A stretch of DNA of 64,000 nucleotides from assembly GCA_031408815.1 (NCBI GenBank), contig JANNWV010000086.1, forward strand, positions 374 to 64,373, written 5' to 3'. A program made the translations under genes and the position numbers. This document shows, piece after piece, positions 58,556-64,000 of the stretch. Source of the stretch: Gammaproteobacteria bacterium (GTDB lineage Bacteria > Pseudomonadota > Gammaproteobacteria > Xanthomonadales > Xanthomonadaceae). Numbering within the stretch: the stretch's first letter is position 1; each line of letters opens with the position of its first letter. The notes beneath the pieces were generated by a model. The model was not told where the DNA came from, did not search any database, and worked only from the letters and a program-made list of their open reading frames with translations.

Positions 58556-59289
58556 TCGAACGGCCTGGGATGCGCTTCAAAAAGGCGGCGCGATACTTCC
58601 TGCTCCCTCGCCGCCACCTGCCCAAGGAATTCATCGGCGCCAGCCAAGGCATCGAACGCGTGGAAGCCGCGCTCCAGGAAACCCTGCAGCTCGGACAGGC
58701 CCGCCATCTGCGCCGGGATCCGGGCAGCGCGTAGCAGCTTGTAAACGCCGTGCTTCTTGACTGCGGCGTCCAGCGCGTGTCCCACGCGAAGCACCAGCTC
58801 GATCTGGTGCTGGCGCAGATGGCGATAGTTCCCATGCTGGTAGGCGCGGGTGTAGTCGGCAATCGTGAGCGCCGCCTTGGGATTGGGTCGCGACGCAAGA
58901 TGCTCTGCCATCCGCATGTCCAAGGCATGGCTCAGCACCGCGAGCTCGATCGCATCGGTGGCGGCCCGCAGCAGCGAATCGGGAAGGAAGCGCGACATCA
59001 TCGGCAGGACACGCGCAGCATCACGATCGCGCGCGGAAAAATCCCGATCCGCGTACAGGTCGCTGAGGAAGAACTCGGCCGCTGGACGCATCGTGGGATT
59101 TGCGAGGAAGTCCTTGAAGCTTTGCGCCAGCCTTCGCGACTGCCACTGCCTGAGCGGTGCAAGCGTCGCCAGCCCATTGCGAGGCTCCTTCACCGGATCG
59201 TTGATCGCCCTCTGCCATTCGAGGCGACGTGCGAGTCGCTGGCGAAATTCTGTACTCACGGTTGCCCCTGGCCCCAGTTCGGCCCGCAA
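58531..59289 (-). CDS. conserved hypothetical protein with an FFLxxLY motif
   Basis: 252 aa, helical, contains AAEFFLSDLYADRDF, reminiscent of the family PGAP names 'FFLEELY motif protein' (recollection only). The start is uncertain. Confidence 0.5.
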   Translation of the reverse strand: MRAELGPGATVSTEFRQRLARRLEWQRAINDPVKEPRNGLATLAPLRQWQSRRLAQSFKDFLANPTMRPAAEFFLSDLYADRDFSARDRDAARVLPMMSRFLPDSLLRAATDAIELAVLSHALDMRMAEHLASRPNPKAALTIADYTRAYQHGNYRHLRQHQIELVLRVGHALDAAVKKHGVYKLLRAARIPAQMAGLSELQGFLERGFHAFDALAGADEFLGQVAAREQEVSRRLFEAHPRPFDQLNSSSR

Positions 59290-59457
59290 GCGTCACGTGG
59301 CTGGAATGGGCGTGGCTGCAGCATGGCCATAGCATGCGGCCTCCGGGCGTTTCGCGAAAGCCCGGCGCCCTCTTGTCACTGGTGTGAAAACTCTAGACAA
59401 CGGCGTCAAATTGGCGCCACGTCGGGCGCTTGCCCAACAAACCTTTCGGAGTAATTC

Positions 59458-60051
59458 GTGGCCAAGCTCAAGAAGACCGTGCGTGCGAAACCCGCTGCAT
59501 CCAAGTCCAATGCCGCCGAGATCCAGGCGCGTGCCGAGCACCTGTCCCGTTCGTTGGTGGAGTCCGCCCAGCAGATCTGGATGGCGGGCGTAGGCGCATT
59601 CACCCGCGCGCAGGGCGAAGGTTCGAAATTGTTCGAAGCGCTGGTGAACGAAGGCATGAACATCGAAAAGACTACCCGCAAGCTCGCCACCGGCAAGGTC
59701 GATGCCGTGCGTGATGCCATGGAAGATCGCGTTGGCGCAGTTCGCGGCCGTGCTTCCGACACCTGGGATCGCCTGGAAAAAGTATTTGAAGACCGCGTGC
59801 AGCGCGCCCTGAATCGCCTCGGCATCCCGGGCCGCGAAGAACTCGCCGAACTGACGGCGCGCGTTGATGCGTTGTCGGCGCATTCGCGCAAGGCCAAAGC
59901 CGCTGCCCCGGCGAAGAAGGCCCGTGCCGTTGCTGCCAAGCCCAAGAAGGCCGTGCGCAAGCCTGCCGCGAAGGTCGCCGCCAAGGCCACCCGCAAGCCG
60001 GCGCGCAAGACACTTCCGAAGGCTGCCAAGCCGGTAGCCCCGCAATCCTGA
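59458..60051 (+). CDS. PhaF-like phasin with histone H1-like Lys/Ala/Pro C-terminal tail
   Basis: GTG start. N-terminal two-thirds aligns with Pseudomonas PhaF/PhaI as I remember them (QQIWMAGVGAF...LGIPGREELAELTARVDAL). C-terminal AKAAAPAKKARAVAAKPKKAVRKPAAKVAAKATRKPARK. Confidence 0.8.
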   Translation: MAKLKKTVRAKPAASKSNAAEIQARAEHLSRSLVESAQQIWMAGVGAFTRAQGEGSKLFEALVNEGMNIEKTTRKLATGKVDAVRDAMEDRVGAVRGRASDTWDRLEKVFEDRVQRALNRLGIPGREELAELTARVDALSAHSRKAKAAAPAKKARAVAAKPKKAVRKPAAKVAAKATRKPARKTLPKAAKPVAPQS

Positions 60052-60140
60052 GTTGCACCCCTTGTGCCCGTCAGCCCTTTAGAAGCTCGTAAGACCCCTC
60101 CCCTCACGACTTCCGGCTGGCGGGCGCTTTAAGCAAGGAT

Positions 60141-60171
60141 GAAGGCCCGGGGAACCGGGCCTTCCTCTTTT
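60141..60171 (+). terminator. Rho-independent terminator after the phasin gene
   Basis: GAAGGCCCGG-GGAA-CCGGGCCTTC followed by CTCTTTT. Confidence 0.65.
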
Positions 60172-60249
60172 CAGCAGTGCCGCTACGTCCGAATATTCCC
60201 CGCCGACGCGTTATCCTTCCCGACTGCGCAAGCTTGCGGGAGTTGATTC

Positions 60250-61233
60250 ATGTCGGTATGGATGGTCGCCGTGTTCGTGGTTGCAGCGGGACTTGCAATC
60301 ACGGCGTTCTGGTTCGGCGTCAGCCGTCGCCGGAAGGCCGAAACTGAATTGGGCATCCAGTCGCTCGCCACCCTGAAGTGGCGTGAGTGCATCGCAATCG
60401 TCCTTGAAGCCCTCCAACGCGAAGGCTATCAAGTGCTGGCTGATTCTTCCGATGGCGGCACTGACTTCCTGCTCCGGCACGGCGACGAGAAAGTCCTGCT
60501 CGACTACAAGCATGGCACGGCCTACCGCCTCGGAGAGGCCAGCGTGCGTGAGTTCGAAGCGGCGGTTCGATTGCGCGGCGCGACGCGTGGCATCCTCATC
60601 ACCCTGGGTTCCGTGGAACATCGCGCAGCCACCGTCGCCGCCGAGGGCCATGTCCAACTGCTCGATGGGGTCCATCTGTGGCCCAAGCTCAGGCCCTTCC
60701 TCAACGACAAACTGCTCGGCCAGGTTAGCAGCCAGGCCGCCGCTGCGACTCGCAAAGGCATGTGGAAGGGGTTGCTCGCCAGCGGACTTGCCGGCGTCGT
60801 GGTTTTCGCGGCAGGCCAGATGATGTCCCCCGCCGCCCCCGCAGTCGCTGCGCAGCCCTTGGCCGTCGCAACTTCATTTCAGCCTGCAGGATCGTCGTCG
60901 GCGCCCCAGCCAGCTCAGGACGCCATGCTCCGGCAGTTGAATGCGACGGCAGAGGCCATGGAGGCCGTCGCCCGGCTCACGCCCGAACAGCTGGCGAAGC
61001 GACGCGCCAACGCGGCCAAGCAGGTATCGCAGATCAGCCAGGTCGCGACCGCGGCGTGGTCGGCGCCGCGAACCTTGCTGATCACGCTCAACCACACCGA
61101 CGGCAAGGACAAGGTGCTGGTCGCCGAAGCCTGCCGGATCCTCGTCCAGAACGAGGAAATGCGCTTTACCCGAATCCAGCTCAACCCGCCGGCGGACTCC
61201 ACCCAGGCGGTCCGCTGGCGCCTCTGCGAATAG
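60250..61233 (+). CDS. membrane-anchored Mrr-like (PD-(D/E)xK) restriction-endonuclease-fold protein
   Basis: 327 aa. TM1 (res 4-24) then RRRK. Mrr_cat-like core (GGTDFLL...LLDYKH...ASVREFEAAVRLRGATRGILITLGSV). Second TM near res 180-197. About 130-aa C-terminal domain of unknown type. Confidence 0.7.
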   Translation: MSVWMVAVFVVAAGLAITAFWFGVSRRRKAETELGIQSLATLKWRECIAIVLEALQREGYQVLADSSDGGTDFLLRHGDEKVLLDYKHGTAYRLGEASVREFEAAVRLRGATRGILITLGSVEHRAATVAAEGHVQLLDGVHLWPKLRPFLNDKLLGQVSSQAAAATRKGMWKGLLASGLAGVVVFAAGQMMSPAAPAVAAQPLAVATSFQPAGSSSAPQPAQDAMLRQLNATAEAMEAVARLTPEQLAKRRANAAKQVSQISQVATAAWSAPRTLLITLNHTDGKDKVLVAEACRILVQNEEMRFTRIQLNPPADSTQAVRWRLCE

Positions 61234-61248
61234 GCGAAACCCGGCGAA

Positions 61249-63237
61249 CTACCAGTGGACGCCGCGCATCACGGCCGCGAATGCGATTTGCTCGTTGGTC
61301 GGTTGTTCCTGGCGTAGTGCCTTGCGATCACCCTTGGCCGCAGCGGAATCAGGGAACATCTCGAACGCCGTGTTCATGATGACCTCGTAGGCCTTCGGCA
61401 CCAGCGCATTGAGGGTCGCGGCGAAGATGCCCATGCGCGTGGCGACGCGGCTCGGGCGCTCGATGATCGCTTTCACGACCAGGTCCGCAGCCTCTTCCGG
61501 CGACAGCGTCGGAATCGAGTCGTACATCTTCGTAGGCGCGATCATCGGCGTCTTCACCAGTGGCATGTTGACGGTGGTGAAGGCGATGTTCTTGCCGCTG
61601 AATTCGGCCTGCGCGCAACGGCTGAAGGCGTCCAGTGCCGCCTTCGACGCCACGTACGCCGAAAACCGCGGCGAGCTGGCCAGCACGCCGATCGAGGAGA
61701 TGTTGATGATGTGGCCCCTGCGACGGGACGTCATGCCGGGCAGGAAGCCCATGATGAGGCGCAGGCAGCCGAAGTAATTGAGCTGCATCGTCCGTTCGTA
61801 GTCGTGGAAGCGGTCGTAACTGGCTTCCACCGAGCGCCGGATGGAACGGCCCGCATTGTTCACAAGCACATCCACGTGCTTGTGATCGTGCAGTACTTTC
61901 TTGACCAGTTCGTCGCAGGACGCCAGGTCGGTCAGGTCGCAGGTATAGGCCCAGCACTTGCCGCCTGCTGCGTTGATCTGGTCGCGGGTTTCGTGCAACT
62001 CGGCCTCGCCACGCGCAACGATCACCACTTTGGCGCCGGCCTCCGCCACCTTGATGGCCGAGGCCTTGCCGATGCCCGACGAACCGCCGGTGATCAGCAC
62101 GACGCGATTCTCGACCTTGCCGCGCAGCGTGTGGTCGACGAACAGGTCCGGATCCAGATGGCGCTCCCAGAAGTCCCACAGGCGCCATGCGTAGCTCTCG
62201 AGTTCCGGCACCGCGATCTTGGTGCCCTTCAGCGCGCGCTCGGTTTCGCGGGAATCGAATCGGGTCGGATAGGTCAGCAGTTTCAGGGTTTGCGGCGGGA
62301 TGCGCAGGTCCTTCAGCAGCATGCCGGTGAACCGCTTCACGGGGGGAAGGTTCAGCACGGCGTTACGCACGGTCGACGGTACGACCGCCAGCATGCGTGC
62401 ATCGAGTCGCATGGTCATCTCGGGCGCATGTGCGGCGCGGCAAAACACGTTGAGCACTTCGCCGATGCGCTGCGGCGCGGGATCGACCAGGTGGAAGCAG
62501 TGGCCGTCGAGGCCCCGCTTGTGCGCGATGTGGTCCATCGCATCAACGACGAAATCCACCGGCACGATATTTATCCTGCCGCCTTCCACGCCCAGGGTCG
62601 GCATCCACTGGGGCAAGGTCTGGCGCAGCTTCTTGATCAGGCTGAACAGGTAATACGGACCATCGATCTTGTCGATCTCGCCCGTTTGCGAGTGGCCGAC
62701 GACCGCACCGGGCCGGTAGATGCGGTAGGGAATCCGGCATTCGGTCCGGACCAGGCCCTCGGAGTCGTGCTTGGTGCGGAAGTACGGGTCGCTGAGGCCT
62801 TCGGCTTCATCGAACATGTCCTCGCGGAAGACGCCGGGGTAAAGGCCTGCCGCCGCGATCGAACTGGTGTGGTGGAAACAACCCGCCTTGATGACCGTCG
62901 CCAGGCCGATGGCATGCCGGGTGCCTTCGACATTGGCGATCTTCTGCGATTCGGCGTCTGCCGCCAGGTCATAGATGGCCGCGAGATGGAAGAAGTGCTG
63001 GACCTTGCCGGTCAGTGCCTTGATTTGCGCTGCAGACAACCCGAGCTTGGGCTTGGAAAGGTCGCCCGTGACGGCGATGACGCGGCGCCGGTCCCAGCCC
63101 ATTTTTGTGGCGATCGCATCAAGCTTCTTTTCGGACCCTTTCCGGATCAGAACGTGGATGCTGCCTTTGCGCTGGAGCAGCTTGCTGACCAGGAAGCGAC
63201 CCAGGAAACCCGTGGCGCCTGTTACGAAATAGCTCAT
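61249..63237 (-). CDS. two-domain fatty acyl-CoA reductase-like protein (NAD_binding_4 domain + classical SDR domain)
   Basis: 662 aa from MSYFVTGATGFLGRF. C-terminal VVLITGGSSGIGKA...YVASKAA (classical SDR). Size and domain order match my recollection of Marinobacter Maqu_2507. Confidence 0.75.
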   Translation of the reverse strand: MSYFVTGATGFLGRFLVSKLLQRKGSIHVLIRKGSEKKLDAIATKMGWDRRRVIAVTGDLSKPKLGLSAAQIKALTGKVQHFFHLAAIYDLAADAESQKIANVEGTRHAIGLATVIKAGCFHHTSSIAAAGLYPGVFREDMFDEAEGLSDPYFRTKHDSEGLVRTECRIPYRIYRPGAVVGHSQTGEIDKIDGPYYLFSLIKKLRQTLPQWMPTLGVEGGRINIVPVDFVVDAMDHIAHKRGLDGHCFHLVDPAPQRIGEVLNVFCRAAHAPEMTMRLDARMLAVVPSTVRNAVLNLPPVKRFTGMLLKDLRIPPQTLKLLTYPTRFDSRETERALKGTKIAVPELESYAWRLWDFWERHLDPDLFVDHTLRGKVENRVVLITGGSSGIGKASAIKVAEAGAKVVIVARGEAELHETRDQINAAGGKCWAYTCDLTDLASCDELVKKVLHDHKHVDVLVNNAGRSIRRSVEASYDRFHDYERTMQLNYFGCLRLIMGFLPGMTSRRRGHIINISSIGVLASSPRFSAYVASKAALDAFSRCAQAEFSGKNIAFTTVNMPLVKTPMIAPTKMYDSIPTLSPEEAADLVVKAIIERPSRVATRMGIFAATLNALVPKAYEVIMNTAFEMFPDSAAAKGDRKALRQEQPTNEQIAFAAVMRGVHW

Positions 63238-63389
63238 TGTCCCTGCCCCGAATCGAAGGCCGGAGAATCCGGCCCGAACCGCTAACTTGCCAGACCTCGC
63301 CCGGGCTTTCAAATTCTTCGCTGCCGCGCGTTGACCACCCGCATTCGCCGTGCTATCAGGAATGCTGGTTCAGCTCCCGGGACAAGGCC

Positions 63390-63647
63390 ATGGCCGACCT
63401 CAAGAACGAATTCGAACAAGCGACGAAAGACATCAAGGGCCTGGCCGAACGGCCCGACAACGACACCATGTTGCGCCTGTATGCGCTGTACAAACAGGGC
63501 TCGGAAGGCGACGTGAAGGGCGACAAGCCCGGCTTCTTCGACTTTGTCGGCGCCGCCAAGTACGAGGCCTGGGAAAAGTTGCAGGGCACCTCGAGCGAAC
63601 AGGCGATGAAGAAGTACGTCGACCTCGTGAAGAAGCTGGTCGGCTGA
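63390..63647 (+). CDS. acyl-CoA-binding protein (ACBP)
   Basis: 85 aa; LYALYKQGSEGDV...KPGFFDFVGAAKYEAWEKLQGTS matches the ACBP signature. Confidence 0.85.
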   Translation: MADLKNEFEQATKDIKGLAERPDNDTMLRLYALYKQGSEGDVKGDKPGFFDFVGAAKYEAWEKLQGTSSEQAMKKYVDLVKKLVG

Positions 63648-63651
63648 GGCA

Positions 63652-64000
63652 ATGGCGAAGCAGACCCGGCAACGAATACTGGATGCGTCCCTTGCCCTGT
63701 TCAACGAGCAGGGCGAACCCAACGTCACGACCAACCATATCGCCGACGAGCTGGAGATCAGCCCGGGCAACCTGTATTACCACTTCCGCAACAAAGACGA
63801 CATCATCGAGCACCTGTTCCAGCGCTATGAAGAGCGCATGGACTCGGCCCTGGTGGCGCCCGAGGGCCGCCTGCCCAACCTGGAAGACATCTGGCTGCAG
63901 CTGCACCTGGTGTTCGAGTGCATCTGGGAATACCGCTTCCTCTACCGCGACCTGGTGGACATCCTCAGTCGCAACCGGCACCTGCGGATGCGATTTGCCC
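63652..64000 (+). CDS. TetR/AcrR family transcriptional regulator (3' end beyond window)
   Basis: ATG at 63652, 4 nt after the ACBP stop. RQRILDASLALFNEQGEPNVTTNHIADELEISPGNLYYHF is a TetR HTH. The ORF is open to the window end. Confidence 0.8.
   Translation, partial: MAKQTRQRILDASLALFNEQGEPNVTTNHIADELEISPGNLYYHFRNKDDIIEHLFQRYEERMDSALVAPEGRLPNLEDIWLQLHLVFECIWEYRFLYRDLVDILSRNRHLRMRFA

Noticed and set aside
59350-59359. TTTCGCGAAA palindrome in the phasin / FFLxxLY divergent promoter region, as a PhaR/PhaD-type operator.
   Set aside because: I do not remember a matching consensus, no regulator gene is nearby, and it is only 10 nt. It is left as a note within the PHA finding.
60227-60238. Palindrome CGCAAGCTTGCG abutting the RBS of the Mrr-like gene, as a regulatory site or a restriction-related signal.
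   Set aside because: It is short (12 nt) and GC-rich palindromes are frequent in this DNA. It is mentioned within the Mrr-like finding but is not strong enough to annotate as a feature.

Overview
Visibly GC-rich gammaproteobacterial chromosome segment (GC not computed). Gene content and order look Xanthomonadales/Rhodanobacteraceae-like, which is an inference from synteny and protein motifs, not a search result. I saw no rRNA, CRISPR array, transposase, integrase or prophage. Coding density is very high and most genes are on the minus strand. There are four blocks. (1) 1-5.6 kb: a DUF1249 gene, tRNA-Ala(GGC) and tRNA-Glu(UUC), a P-type cation ATPase stop/start-overlapped with a beta-CASP MBL nuclease-like gene, and a divergent Fe-S FNR. 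(2) 5.6-25 kb: a microaerobic/denitrification respiratory island. It holds a tightly packed 12-gene cbb3 oxidase array (ccoNOQP-orf99-ccoGHIS-DsbD_2), SCO-nirV-nirK (NirK fused to cytochrome c), a divergent outer-membrane barrel, norB(qNor)-nnrS-sirB2, a second Fe-S FNR and hemN. Five FNR-type boxes sit at class-II-like spacing. (3) 25-54 kb: mostly housekeeping. This covers a PAS-GGDEF-FixJ/LuxR-HTH fusion, moeB-moeA-mobA appended to der-bamB-yfgM, rodZ-pilW-rlmN-ndk, a PsrA-like TetR with a fadB/fadA-like operon, galU plus LPS/O-antigen initiation genes, lapAB, and ihfB-rpsA-cmk-aroA-hisC-pheA-serC. (4) 54-64 kb: signalling and storage-lipid genes. These are a multi-PAS GGDEF-EAL protein, a tail-anchored double-FHA protein, a PHA-granule trio including a PhaF-like phasin with a histone-like tail, a membrane-anchored Mrr-like nuclease-fold protein, a two-domain fatty acyl-CoA reductase-like gene, an acyl-CoA-binding protein and a TetR (cut by the window end). 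I found no clear-cut undescribed multi-gene system. The best leads are the FNR-box wiring of the truncated denitrification module with two Cys-complete FNR paralogues, the FNR-box-controlled outer-membrane barrel opposite nirK, the PAS-GGDEF-HTH fusion, and the membrane-anchored Mrr-like protein. All coordinates were derived by hand from the sequence and the ORF track. Start codons were re-picked where the track ORF clearly over-extends.
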